Shown here in pieces: positions 18,596-28,215 of a stretch of 63,913 bases of DNA. Source of the DNA: Candidatus Altiarchaeota archaeon (GTDB lineage: Archaea > Altiarchaeota > Altiarchaeia > IMC4 > SCGC-AAA252-I15); NCBI GenBank assembly GCA_043800705.1, contig JAZDMS010000038.1, positions 1 through 63,913 on the forward strand, read 5' to 3'. Position numbers and translations under genes: made by a program. The notes under the pieces are model-generated. The model was not told the origin of the DNA, ran no database searches, and was given only the letters and a program-made list of their open reading frames with translations. Position 1 is the stretch's first letter, and the number at the start of each line of letters is the position of its first letter.

Positions 18596-19528
18596 ATGTC
18601 CTCCGTACCGTGTCCGAAATGCGGAAAGCCCGCCAGGGGAGTATGCGCAGAGTGCCACATCAGCGGGCACCCCATAGCGGTGAAGCAGGAAAACTTCCGA
18701 GACTGCGGATGCGGCCTCGGATTCTTCAAAGGCAGATGGTACGAAGACCGCCAGGAGCTCCTCACCGAACTGGTGAAAAAAAGCATCAGGCCGCAGTCAG
18801 GCCTGCAACTGAAGGTGCTCGGCGTGGAATCGGAGGAGAGCGCAGGCAGGCTTCATCTGACCGCACGAGTCCAGGGCTCGTATTCGGGGTCAATTTTCAA
18901 GACAGACGTTTGCTGGGACATAAGGCCGGAAAAGGTCAAATGCGACAGCTGCGTGAAGCTTGGGTCTGGCTACTATGAGGCGATACTACAGCTTCGGGAC
19001 GGGATAGAGCTAGACCTCGACCCGAAACAGATATCCTCCCTCGAGAGGACCCGGGGCGGCCACGACTTCTACATGATCTCGATGGACTACGCCCAAAAGC
19101 AGGTCTCAGACCTCATCGCAAAAGGGTTCCTCGTGAAGCAGTCCAGCAAGCTCTATGGGAAGAAGAACGGCAGGGACATGTTCAGGTTCTACTACTCGAT
19201 AAAGAGGCCACACTTTTCAAGAGGGGACTTCCTCGGATACGAAGGGGGATTCTATCAGGTCCGGGAACTCGGAAAGATGGTCAAACTCACCCAGATAACC
19301 TCCGGCCGCCACAGCTCCGCCACCGTGAACCGGTTGGAGGACGCGAAGGTCCTGGCGAAGGAGAAGGACGTGCGCGAGGCCATAGTAACCGGGCTCAGGC
19401 CTGACGGCATACAGCTCATGGATTCGGAGACGGGTGAAACCCATGAGACCCCAGCCAAGGAGGGCCTCAAGCACGGCGACAAAATTCCCTACATCATACT
19501 GTCCGGGAAGGTCTATCTCCTGGAGTGA
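18596..19528 (+). CDS. nmd3: NMD3-family ribosome biogenesis protein
   Basis: CPKCG, CAEC, CDSC...GYYEAILQLR, KLYGKKNG. Confidence 0.88.
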   Translation: MSSVPCPKCGKPARGVCAECHISGHPIAVKQENFRDCGCGLGFFKGRWYEDRQELLTELVKKSIRPQSGLQLKVLGVESEESAGRLHLTARVQGSYSGSIFKTDVCWDIRPEKVKCDSCVKLGSGYYEAILQLRDGIELDLDPKQISSLERTRGGHDFYMISMDYAQKQVSDLIAKGFLVKQSSKLYGKKNGRDMFRFYYSIKRPHFSRGDFLGYEGGFYQVRELGKMVKLTQITSGRHSSATVNRLEDAKVLAKEKDVREAIVTGLRPDGIQLMDSETGETHETPAKEGLKHGDKIPYIILSGKVYLLE

Positions 19529-19671
19529 GGCGTCATCAGGGAGGATTTTGGGTTTTGGGATTTTGGAACCATTTGATGCCTCACATCATCTGGTGATTCT
19601 ATGCGCCAGCAATTTAATCCGCTTTATATTATTCCCCCTTTTATAAACATTCAACCAGTTATTTCTTACCT

Positions 19672-20583
19672 ATGCCTGACAAGACAATAGCACCAGCAAC
19701 TGAAGGACAGAGCACCCCCCAAGGCCATAGATTCTGTGAGGATAAGCCCTCTGCATTGGCGGAAAAAATGGGTTTAGCCGGTGTCTCTGCAGTGGACTGG
19801 GGCAGAATAACGACTGAAAATATGGGCTCCTTCCAGCCAGGTTTGAGCGGACGGCTGAGCTTTGACACAGATCAACTGATGAAAGAAGCCATGACCAGGA
19901 TAGCCGGAGTTGCCGTATCACACGGATTCCATGATGAACACGCCGGTTTTGCATTGACTGAGATAGGTCGGAATGCTGTAAGGTATGGTGGTGGGGTGGT
20001 GGACTTTTTCTTTGAAATAGGGATAGATTCGTTAAGATATGGCGCAACAAATGGGAACGCGGCCCTATTCAATCCTGCAAGATATGCCCTCATGAGCGTT
20101 TATGAAAGAATTGACCGCGTCACAGAGGATAATCCTACCGGCCATTCCGGGACAATAGTCCTACTCGGCCGAGGCACCAGGCTCAAATACAAATGGGAAC
20201 ATGAAGATGGCTCGACAACAACCATCCGCCTGGAGGCGACGCCAGAGGCTATACACGAACAAACAATCAACGCCGGAGCAGAATGCCGGACCATAACCGC
20301 GGAAGAGGGAATAAAAGTCTATGTGGCGGACCGCCCAGACGGATCCCAATTGCTCACCCAATGCGAATGCGCATTCCAGGTCGTTTTCAGGGGGGCCTCA
20401 ACCCAACCTGACGGCACAAATCCCCAACCATTACCCTTTGAGGAATTTCTCAAAAGATGCCCAGACTATAAATGTGTGATAACAAATGATGGAACCGCTC
20501 AAAAAACCATCGGTGAAGTCATTATACAGCCTGGCTTGAAGGCAAGATGCGTTACCGTCGAGGGAGAGCTATCCAAGGATTAA
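19672..20583 (+). CDS. Hypothetical protein with GHKL/anti-sigma-type N-box
   Basis: FALTEIGRNAVRYGGG; AT-richer than neighbours; TTTTATAAA upstream. Confidence 0.55.
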   Translation: MPDKTIAPATEGQSTPQGHRFCEDKPSALAEKMGLAGVSAVDWGRITTENMGSFQPGLSGRLSFDTDQLMKEAMTRIAGVAVSHGFHDEHAGFALTEIGRNAVRYGGGVVDFFFEIGIDSLRYGATNGNAALFNPARYALMSVYERIDRVTEDNPTGHSGTIVLLGRGTRLKYKWEHEDGSTTTIRLEATPEAIHEQTINAGAECRTITAEEGIKVYVADRPDGSQLLTQCECAFQVVFRGASTQPDGTNPQPLPFEEFLKRCPDYKCVITNDGTAQKTIGEVIIQPGLKARCVTVEGELSKD

Positions 20584-20611
20584 AAATACGAAACAAAAAC
20601 CGCATTCCAAA

Positions 20612-21946
20612 TCAATTCAGCTTCTTCAGCGCAGCCTCGACCTGCTCCACTACCGTGCCTATGTACCTGTCGGGGTCCATTGCGACATCTATCTCCTTCT
20701 CACTAAGGGCCTTCATCACCCTCTTCTCCCCCATGAGCGTCTCCTTCAGCGGCCTGCCCTCCCTGTAGCTCTTCAGGGCGCATTCGCGTACGATCTCGTG
20801 GGCCTCCTGCCTGCCCACGCCTTTTTCGGCCATCTTTACCATCACATTCTCCGCCATGATGCGGCCCTGGCTCATGTTCAGGTTCCGTCTGATATTGTCC
20901 GGGTTGAACACGAGGTTGTCGACGAGGTTGATGGAAAGCTGCAGGATGTAATCGGCGAGTATGCATCCTTCTGGGATGATGATCCTCTCGCAGCTGGAGT
21001 TTGTCAGGTCCCTCTCATGCCACAGGGGGATGTTCTCCAGCGAGGCCACGGCGTCGGCCTTGACCACCCTCGAAATCCCCCCGATACGTTCGGCGTATAT
21101 GGGGTTCATCTTATGGGGCATCGTCGAGGAACCCACCTGCTTCTTCCCGAAGCCTTCGCGGACCTCGTCTATCTCGCTCCTCTGCAGATTCCTTATCTCC
21201 GTCGCAATCTTGTTCAACGTCTCCGCCACCAGGGCCAGAAGCAGCATGAACTCCGCGTGCCTGTCCCTCTGGATGACCTGGTTCGAGACCTCGACGCATC
21301 CGAGGCCGAGGTCCTTCATCGTCAGCTTCTGGACCTTTATCGCATTCTTCCCGAGCGCGGCTTGCGTGCCGACAGCCCCCGTCATCTGGCCGACGAGGAT
21401 GCGTTTTTTTACCTCCTGGAGCCTCTCAATGTGCCTTCCGACCTCCATCGCATAGATCGCGAACTTGAGGCCGTAGGTGGTGGGGACCGCATGCTGGGCG
21501 TGGGTCCTGCCCACGCAGACCGTCCTGATGTGCTCCCTCGCCTTCCTGGCGAGGCTGTCTCTCAGGACCTTAAGGTTCCCCTCAAATAGCGTGATATACT
21601 CCCGAATCTGCAAGGCCAGCGCAGTATCTGTTATGTCGTTGGACGTCGCCCCGAGGTGGATGTACTTCCCTGCGTCCCCCTCGCACTTCTCAGTCAGCGC
21701 CTTGACCACGGCCATCACGTCGTGGTTTATTTCGGCCTCTATCTCATTCGTCCTCGCGACCGTGACATACTTGGTCGAAGCCTTCGCAGATATCTCCCTG
21801 GCCGCCTCCTTCGGGATGTCCCCGACTTCTGCATGAGCCCTCGCCAAAGCGGCCTCGACGTCGAGGACGTACTGGAGCTTCCTCTCCTCCTCGAACAAAG
21901 CCTTGACCTCCTTCCTGCCGTAGCGGCCCTCGATGGGGTGGATCAT
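20612..21946 (-). CDS. purB: Adenylosuccinate lyase
   Basis: HDVMA, HLGATSND, GRTHAQHA, GSSTMPHKMNP. Confidence 0.97.
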   Translation of the reverse strand: MIHPIEGRYGRKEVKALFEEERKLQYVLDVEAALARAHAEVGDIPKEAAREISAKASTKYVTVARTNEIEAEINHDVMAVVKALTEKCEGDAGKYIHLGATSNDITDTALALQIREYITLFEGNLKVLRDSLARKAREHIRTVCVGRTHAQHAVPTTYGLKFAIYAMEVGRHIERLQEVKKRILVGQMTGAVGTQAALGKNAIKVQKLTMKDLGLGCVEVSNQVIQRDRHAEFMLLLALVAETLNKIATEIRNLQRSEIDEVREGFGKKQVGSSTMPHKMNPIYAERIGGISRVVKADAVASLENIPLWHERDLTNSSCERIIIPEGCILADYILQLSINLVDNLVFNPDNIRRNLNMSQGRIMAENVMVKMAEKGVGRQEAHEIVRECALKSYREGRPLKETLMGEKRVMKALSEKEIDVAMDPDRYIGTVVEQVEAALKKLN

Positions 21947-21985
21947 CCTAGGAATAATATTATCCCCTTAAAGTATAAATCAAAC

Positions 21986-23134
21986 TCAAATCCTATAGGA
22001 ACCCTTACCATCTGAGACATCATTAATCAACCTTTTCATCTCTTTTATCAGCCCCTCCCACCCACTCCTATTATCATCAGAGCACATGTTCCTCTGAACA
22101 TTTGACATACTATCTTCCATAAATCTTAGGTCGCGAACAATATTCCACTTTACATCAGTTCTTTGGGTCGAAGCCCCAAGGTCTGACAGGAAACGGACTA
22201 CTCCGTCTGTGCACAACATGAAATTGCCAAAATGACCGTCAATTCGCATGTAATGCCCTGCTTCGTGAATATTGGCGAGTATTCGAAACGGCTCGGAGAA
22301 CATATCCCCCACAATATCGTTGGGATTCAGGCCATTTTTCTGAGCGACTTTCCTAACGTATTCAGAGTCGATTACCGTGTTCGAATCGGATAACTGCTGG
22401 CCGTTTGTTATTATCCTCTTCCCGTCCAGGTGCTGCAACACCATATACTTAGGCGAGAAATCATCAGGCCTCCTAATCCTGTAAAACATCACATCCTTAT
22501 ACCTTGCATGAACGCTTGACGGTATGTCAACAAATGCGACAGGAGCGGCCATTGGCGGTGTAATCCCATGTTGTAGATAATGGTTGTAAAGGTGGACTGC
22601 TGTGGTGAAATTGGTTTCTTCCACGTTAGAGTGGGACTCGTTCTCTCCGGGTATCTTATTTATCAGAGCCTTGCTCACTCCATCTGGGCTTTTCCAGACT
22701 GTGAGGTGTCGTCTAAAGCTTGAGGGATCACCTATGAATCGTATATGGGCTGGGGCTCCGAACTCTTTCAGAGACGCTCCGACGCCGGGTGTTAAATAGT
22801 ATGGTTCAAATGTTTCCGAATTGAAGAGTTCTCGGAAGACGTAGCCTTCCTGGAATCTCAATTGGGACAGCCGGCTAATAATCCTCAGACTGGACTCCCC
22901 AACCATCTGTGGTATTGGAATGGGAAGGTCGGAAAAGCTTTGGCAGCCGATGGTCGCAAGGCCTGGAGCAAAAACCAATACCTTGCCCAAGTAGTCTAAT
23001 CCCTCAGAAACCCTGTATTCTGTGACGCCTGGCAGGTCATTCCTCTCAATGGGTTCAACGTTCTTTGTTATCTGAAACAAGGAAATTCCTTCGGTACTGG
23101 CGGGTGGATTTAGGCCCTCTATCCTGTTAACCAT
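21986..23134 (-). CDS. Hypothetical protein, probable atypical kinase-like fold
   Basis: IHEAGHYMRIDGHFGNF and SDLG resemble the catalytic loop and DFG motif; AT-richer. Confidence 0.55.
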   Translation of the reverse strand: MVNRIEGLNPPASTEGISLFQITKNVEPIERNDLPGVTEYRVSEGLDYLGKVLVFAPGLATIGCQSFSDLPIPIPQMVGESSLRIISRLSQLRFQEGYVFRELFNSETFEPYYLTPGVGASLKEFGAPAHIRFIGDPSSFRRHLTVWKSPDGVSKALINKIPGENESHSNVEETNFTTAVHLYNHYLQHGITPPMAAPVAFVDIPSSVHARYKDVMFYRIRRPDDFSPKYMVLQHLDGKRIITNGQQLSDSNTVIDSEYVRKVAQKNGLNPNDIVGDMFSEPFRILANIHEAGHYMRIDGHFGNFMLCTDGVVRFLSDLGASTQRTDVKWNIVRDLRFMEDSMSNVQRNMCSDDNRSGWEGLIKEMKRLINDVSDGKGSYRI

Positions 23135-23168
23135 AATACCTATAATACCTATTATACTTTTTAATGAT

Positions 23169-23546
23169 TTATCTCTTTTTCGGCCTCATCCCGTACTGTA
23201 TGTCGATGTAGTAGACTCCTTCTGCGGCCTTGATGACGACTGGCTCCCCCCTCATGAGCCTTTTTAGGTCTATCTCGTATTTGCCTTCGTCAAGGCGCAG
23301 GACGTTCTCTATGTCGAGGCTTATGGGCTTATCGTCGGAGACCGTGTTCTTGAACTGGCTGTCGAGCCATTCGAGATCCCTTTCCGAGACCTTCCTCTCC
23401 TCGAGGACCTTTACGGTCATGTCCTTGGAGCCGGCGTAGTCGGCCCTCAAATACAGGAAAACCCTGCTTCCGCAGGGGCATCCGGCGATGAGTTCAGGGG
23501 CTTTGTCTTCATATATGGAGGAACAGCGGGCGCACTTGTGGGGCAT
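23169..23546 (-). CDS. oapC: Zn-ribbon protein OapC (DUF2072)
   Basis: MPHKCARC...GCPCGSRVFLY, GKYEIDL. Confidence 0.88.
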   Translation of the reverse strand: MPHKCARCSSIYEDKAPELIAGCPCGSRVFLYLRADYAGSKDMTVKVLEERKVSERDLEWLDSQFKNTVSDDKPISLDIENVLRLDEGKYEIDLKRLMRGEPVVIKAAEGVYYIDIQYGMRPKKR

Positions 23547-23596
23547 AATTAACTCTTTTGAACAATGGAATAATAAAGAAGCCAGTATCCCGGAGG

Positions 23597-23980
23597 TTAT
23601 TTTTTGGCGGATTTCTTCTCCTCATCTTCGGGCGTTGCTAGCATCGTAATCATCCTCGGATCCTTGCTGATCTGCTTGATGAGCTTCGCAGGGCCGATGA
23701 CGGTGAGGCCGCCCGTACTGCCTCCGAGCATCCTGATCAGCCTCTCCCTAAGGCCGTCTGCGGTCTTCTCCCTGAGGGTGGAGACCTCTATGCCCTGGAA
23801 CTTCTTGTTCACCTGCAGCATCGTGGCCTGTATGAGCTTCCCCTCCTCAAGGGCTGTGAGCCCCTCGTCTATGACGACTATCCTGTCCTCCTTTACGTGC
23901 TCGAGGATGAAGTATATCTTCTGTTCGGGCGTTATCCCCTTCAACATCTCGACACCGATGAACTCTATGTGGATGCCCAT
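23597..23980 (-). CDS. oapB: OapB (DUF2073)
   Basis: GLTALEEGKLI, FQGIEV, GLTVIGPA. Confidence 0.88.
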   Translation of the reverse strand: MGIHIEFIGVEMLKGITPEQKIYFILEHVKEDRIVVIDEGLTALEEGKLIQATMLQVNKKFQGIEVSTLREKTADGLRERLIRMLGGSTGGLTVIGPAKLIKQISKDPRMITMLATPEDEEKKSAKK

Positions 23981-23984
23981 GTCC

Positions 23985-24608
23985 TTACCTCGAATGCTTC
24001 GCTATGGCCCTGTAAAGTTCCTCCACGTGGTCGCCTCTCAGACCAGAGATCTCGACGACGGGATGCTGGGGGAACGCCTCCTTTATCCTGTCGGGTTTCG
24101 CGTCCTCCTTGTCTATCTTGTTCGCGACTATGACGACCGGGATGTTCCTGGCCTCCAGGTTGCCGATGATGGTGATGTTGACCTGCGTGTACGGGTCTTC
24201 GCTGGAGTCCATGACCACCAGGGCCGTGTCGACGTTCTCCAGCCACTTGATCGCCTCAATAACGCCCTTGGTCGCCTCCTTCGCCCTGTTCTGCGCCTCG
24301 CTGCGGGACATCCCGAACTTCAGGAACTCTTCGAAGTCTATCTTGGTGGCGATTCCGGGCATGTCCAGGAGGTTCATCTCGAGTTTCTTGCCGTCGCATT
24401 CGACGACGATGTGTTCCTTCTTCTGGACCTCGCGGGTCTCGTGAGGCACCTCGGAGGCTATGCCGACAGGCTCCCCTGTCCAGTCCATTGAGATCTTGTT
24501 CGCCAATGTCGTCTTCCCGGAGTTCGGGGGGCCGTATAAGCCCAACCTGACGGTCTTGCGCTTGCCGAACAGGCCATTGACCCACTTCAGAAGCTTCCTC
24601 CAAGGCAT
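23985..24608 (-). CDS. oapA: Era-like GTP-binding protein OapA
   Basis: GPPNSGKTT, PHETRE, DMPG, ANKID. Confidence 0.92.
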   Translation of the reverse strand: MPWRKLLKWVNGLFGKRKTVRLGLYGPPNSGKTTLANKISMDWTGEPVGIASEVPHETREVQKKEHIVVECDGKKLEMNLLDMPGIATKIDFEEFLKFGMSRSEAQNRAKEATKGVIEAIKWLENVDTALVVMDSSEDPYTQVNITIIGNLEARNIPVVIVANKIDKEDAKPDRIKEAFPQHPVVEISGLRGDHVEELYRAIAKHSR

Positions 24609-24689
24609 ACCGTAATACTTAGGTGAAAGGCTATATATCCCCTACAAGGCCTTGGCCGGATTTATATAGCCCCCTGCCTTATATTATCC

Positions 24690-24772
24690 TTCACCCACCC
24701 CGTCCTATGAGGCGGGCGGAAATGTACGGCACTAAAGGCTGCGAATCCGAGCGGGCAAAGAGCGTTTCTAAA
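24690..24772 (+). promoter_or_regulatory. Structured 5' leader of rpl15e (candidate eL15 r-leader)
   Basis: TTTATATA at about 24661; stems CCCGTC/GGCGGG and CGGA/TCCG enclosing CGGC-ACTAAAG-GCTG. Confidence 0.4.
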
Positions 24773-25357
24773 ATGGGATACGGAAAATACGTCAAGGCGT
24801 TGTATAAGAACAAGGAATCGATGAAGCAGCTTGGGGACATCCTCATGGCCAGAAAAATGGCATGGCGCAGGGAAGGCACCATAGTCAGGGTCGAGCACCC
24901 GACAAGGATGGACAGGGCCCGCGAATACGGATACCGCGCCAAGCAGGGGTTCATAATCGTAAGGGCCAAGGTCAGAAGAGGCGGCCTGCACAAGAAGAGG
25001 CCCAGCCGTGGCAGGAAACCCGCCGGCATGGCGATACACAAGATAACCGCACAAAAAAGCATCCAGCGGATGGCTGAGGAACGCGCACAGGACCATTACC
25101 CGAACCTGCAGGTTCTTGCATCCTACTGGGTGCTGGAAGACGGCAGGCACAAATGGTACGAGGTCATCATGGTCGACCCCCACCACCCGGCGATCGTCTC
25201 AGACAGGAAGATCGGCTGGCTGGCTAAGGAACACAAAGGCCGAGTATACATGGGCTTGACCCCCGCAGGCAAAAAAGGCAGAGGCCTCATGCGCCACGGC
25301 AAAGGCACGGAAAAGAACCGGCCAAGCCTGCGCGCAAACGACAACAAAGCCAAATAG
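24773..25357 (+). CDS. rpl15e: 50S ribosomal protein L15e
   Basis: PTRMDRAREYGYRAKQG, SYWVLEDGRHKWYEVIMVDP, GLTPAGKKGRGL. Confidence 0.97.
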   Translation: MGYGKYVKALYKNKESMKQLGDILMARKMAWRREGTIVRVEHPTRMDRAREYGYRAKQGFIIVRAKVRRGGLHKKRPSRGRKPAGMAIHKITAQKSIQRMAEERAQDHYPNLQVLASYWVLEDGRHKWYEVIMVDPHHPAIVSDRKIGWLAKEHKGRVYMGLTPAGKKGRGLMRHGKGTEKNRPSLRANDNKAK

Positions 25358-25364
25358 GCCAAAA

Positions 25365-25403
25365 GGCTGGTGGACGAATCCGCCAGCCAAAAAACATTTT
25401 TTT
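25365..25403 (+). terminator. GC-rich hairpin plus T-tract after rpl15e
   Basis: GGCTGGTGGA-CGAA-TCCGCCAGCC followed by a T7 run. Confidence 0.5.
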
Positions 25404-25430
25404 AAATCCAACCCCTTAAACATTACCTAA

Positions 25431-25594
25431 ATGAACCTAGCAAAGGTTAGGGGATAAGAAAAAAAACTACAGAATGCCTCTGTAGCGGCCTTACTAAGGC
25501 CGGCGAAGGAGGGACTTCGCTTTACTCAGTCCCTCAGATTATGAACCTGGCGTATGCTAGGGGATAGGAGAAAATCACGCTACGCCTCTGTAGC
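25431..25594 (+). repeat. Imperfect direct repeat (about 110-bp period) of the tRNA-Asn upstream region and first 11 nt
   Basis: ATGAACCTAGCAAAGGTTAGGGGATAAG vs ATGAACCTGGCGTATGCTAGGGGATAGG; both followed by GCCTCTGTAGC. Confidence 0.7.
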
Positions 25595-25656
25595 TCAGCT
25601 GGTAGAGCGCTCGACTGTTAATCGAGTGGTCCAAGGTTCAAGTCCTTGCGGAGGCG
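25584..25656 (+). tRNA. tRNA-Asn (GTT), no intron, CCA not encoded
   Basis: Cloverleaf GCCTCTG/CGGAGGC, CTCGA-CTGTTAA-TCGAG, CAAGG-TTCAAGT-CCTTG. Confidence 0.97.
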
Positions 25657-25709
25657 AACCCTTAACTTCTGTCTTCCTGGTTTTTCTCCCCTCGCTCCCA
25701 TCTCTAATC

Positions 25710-26358
25710 CGTATCCAAAGAAAAGGATATCTTTTACCGCCTGCGTTTTGCTCTTATGCATCATCATAACAGGCTGCACGGAACAAGAGGCGATACCCTC
25801 CGGGAAGGCGTCAGGGGTCATTGACCCGTCGGGCGACCCGGTCCAGAACGTCGTCGCCTCCTCCGAGATGATCCGTATCAATACCTCCAAGGGCTCTTTT
25901 GTCTCACCCCACGGGCGGAATATTCGGTCTCGGCGTCGGTTGCGTCGAAGCGGTATTATAGTTCAGGCTGGGAGGCCGAGATATCCCCCCTCGACCTGGC
26001 CCTCGCATGGGGGAGGCTGACAGAGCCGGAAGTCGACAAACACCTGTCCTACAGCCAGAACGGCAGATGGTACTTCTACACATACGACGCCCGCTCCCCT
26101 GTCGGCAAATCATACATCACCTCCCACTCCGCGAACACCCCCATCATCCCCTCAACACCCAACATCAAGGCCGCAATGGACGAACTAGACGCCGATGAAC
26201 TCGTCGCCCTGGAGGGATACCTGGTCGACGTCGACGGCAAAACGGACAGCCGGGTCGTGTGGTGGCGGACAAGCCTCGGCAGGGGCGATGCGGCATCCGG
26301 CGCATGCGAGATATTCTACGTCAAGAAGGTCACGCTAGGGGATAAGATCTATACGTGA
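25710..26358 (+). pseudogene. Frameshifted conserved hypothetical lipoprotein
   Basis: LLLCIIITGC lipobox in one frame; after about 25903 another frame reads TPRAEYSVS...SPLDLALAWG...RWYFY...SHSANT...LEGYLVDV...WWRTSL...GACE; no clear start codon. Confidence 0.65.
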
Positions 26359-26410
26359 GCTCGGATTATTATTGGATAAGGCCCATTCATTGTTCTTTAG
26401 GGCGAATGGA

Positions 26411-27394
26411 ATGTACGTGATAGAAACCAATGACCTGACCCGGAAGTTCGGCGACATCACCGCAGTCGACGGCCTCAGCCTCAGGATCGAGGCGGGGGAG
26501 GTCTTCGGCCTCCTCGGCCCCAACGGCGCCGGGAAGTCGACGACGCTGAACATGCTCTGCACAATCCTCAAACCGACCTCCGGGAAGGCGACCATCAACG
26601 GCCTCGACGTCGACAAACACCCCGACAAGGTCCGCCAGATCATCGGCATAGTGTTCCAGGACCCGAGCATCGACAACAGGCTCACCGGCAGGGAAAATCT
26701 AGAAATGCATGCGGAGCTCTACAATGTCGATCCGAAGCTGGCGAAGGAGAGGATAGGCGACCTCCTCACCCTCGTCGAACTCGACCAGCGCGCCGGCGAA
26801 GTCGTCAAGAACTACTCCGGCGGCATGAGAAGGAGACTGGAGATAGCCCGCGGCCTAATACACCATCCCAAGGTTCTGTTCCTGGACGAGCCGACGATCG
26901 GCCTCGACCCCCAGACGAGGGCGAAGATATGGGAATACATCAAGCGTCTGTCCGACGAGGAGGACATAACCATCATATTGACGACGCATTACATGGACGA
27001 GGCAGAGCTCCTTTGCGACAGGGTAGGCATCATCGACCACGGAAAGATCGTCGCCTTAGGGTCTCCGAAGGAACTGATAAGGGAGATAGGCCAGGACGTT
27101 GCGACGGTCCAGACCGACGACAATTCCCGCGCGAAGGAGTTCGAATCCGCTGAATTCGTCAAGAAGGTCACGGTAGGGGCGAAGGTGACTATCGTCCTAG
27201 ACGACAGCACGAGCGCCATGCCGCGCCTCTTCGAATACGCCTCAAAGAAGGGGATACGGATCACGTCCATAGAGCTCAGGCGACCCACCCTCAACGACGT
27301 CTTCCTCCTGCGTGTCGGGCGGGAGCTGAGGGAGGAGCACGGCGACGGGAAGGATGCCGTGCGCAGGCGGATGCATATGCGGGGGATACGATGA
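26411..27394 (+). CDS. ABC exporter ATP-binding subunit (DrrA-like)
   Basis: GPNGAGKST, YSGGMRRRLE, LFLDEPT, TTHY. Confidence 0.95.
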   Translation: MYVIETNDLTRKFGDITAVDGLSLRIEAGEVFGLLGPNGAGKSTTLNMLCTILKPTSGKATINGLDVDKHPDKVRQIIGIVFQDPSIDNRLTGRENLEMHAELYNVDPKLAKERIGDLLTLVELDQRAGEVVKNYSGGMRRRLEIARGLIHHPKVLFLDEPTIGLDPQTRAKIWEYIKRLSDEEDITIILTTHYMDEAELLCDRVGIIDHGKIVALGSPKELIREIGQDVATVQTDDNSRAKEFESAEFVKKVTVGAKVTIVLDDSTSAMPRLFEYASKKGIRITSIELRRPTLNDVFLLRVGRELREEHGDGKDAVRRRMHMRGIR

Positions 27395-28137
27395 ACATAC
27401 GGGCGGTCAAGACCATATGGCTTCGGGAATGCAGGGTCTACTACCGGGACAAGGCCGGGAGGATCAGCTCCATCGCCAGGTCCGTCCTGTGGCTGGTGGT
27501 GTTCGGCGGAGGCTTCGGCGCCGCTCGGTTCCAGGGCCTGGGAGTCGACTATCAGGAGTTCCTGTTCCCGGGGATACTCGCGATGTCCCTCCTCTTCACA
27601 TCCATCCGATCTGGCATATCCGTCATCTGGGACAAGGAATTCGGGTTCATGAAGGAGATACTCGTCTCGCCGGCGTCGAGGTTCGAGATAATGGCAGGCA
27701 AGGTATTGGGGGGCTCGACCATCGCCATGACGGAGGCTTGCATCATACTCCTTCTCGGGCCCCTCGTCGGCGCCAATCTGACGCCGCTCAACGTTGTCGC
27801 GAGCATCGCCCTGATGCTGCTCATATCCCTCAGCCTCGTCAGCATAGGGCTCATAGCATCCTCGATAATGAAGACCTTCGAAGGATTCAACACCATCATG
27901 ACGTTCCTGATAATGCCGATGTTCTTCCTGAGCGGAGCCCTCTTCCCCGTAGAACAGATGCCGTCCTGGATGTCGTACGTCGTGGCGGTGAACCCTCTGA
28001 CATACGGCGTCGACGCCCTGCGCTGGGTCCTCGTGGGCGTCGGCCATACCCCGCTGGCCATCGATCTGGCCGTTCTCGGACTGGCCGCCGCCGTGACGAT
28101 GGGCTTCGGCGTGAGGGCGTTCAACAACAGGGACTGA
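27391..28137 (+). CDS. ABC-2 type permease
   Basis: 6 TM, DKEFGFMKEILVSP, FFLSGALFP, NPLTYGVD. Confidence 0.93.
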   Translation: MNIRAVKTIWLRECRVYYRDKAGRISSIARSVLWLVVFGGGFGAARFQGLGVDYQEFLFPGILAMSLLFTSIRSGISVIWDKEFGFMKEILVSPASRFEIMAGKVLGGSTIAMTEACIILLLGPLVGANLTPLNVVASIALMLLISLSLVSIGLIASSIMKTFEGFNTIMTFLIMPMFFLSGALFPVEQMPSWMSYVVAVNPLTYGVDALRWVLVGVGHTPLAIDLAVLGLAAAVTMGFGVRAFNNRD

Positions 28138-28215
28138 ACTGAGCCTTAGCTGGACTGGGTGAAAAATATAGAAAAAGGTAAATTCAGTCGGAGGTGTCTG
28201 TCCCACTTAGGGTGC

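Noticed and set aside
23169-24772. Replication origin beside oapABC, as in haloarchaea
   Set aside because: No orc1/cdc6 gene, no recognisable ORB boxes, and flanking intergenic regions are short
25890-25920. Programmed frameshift in the lipoprotein gene
   Set aside because: No slippery heptamer; like the frameshifts near 135 and 575 it is fixed by adding one base, which fits sequencing error or gene decay
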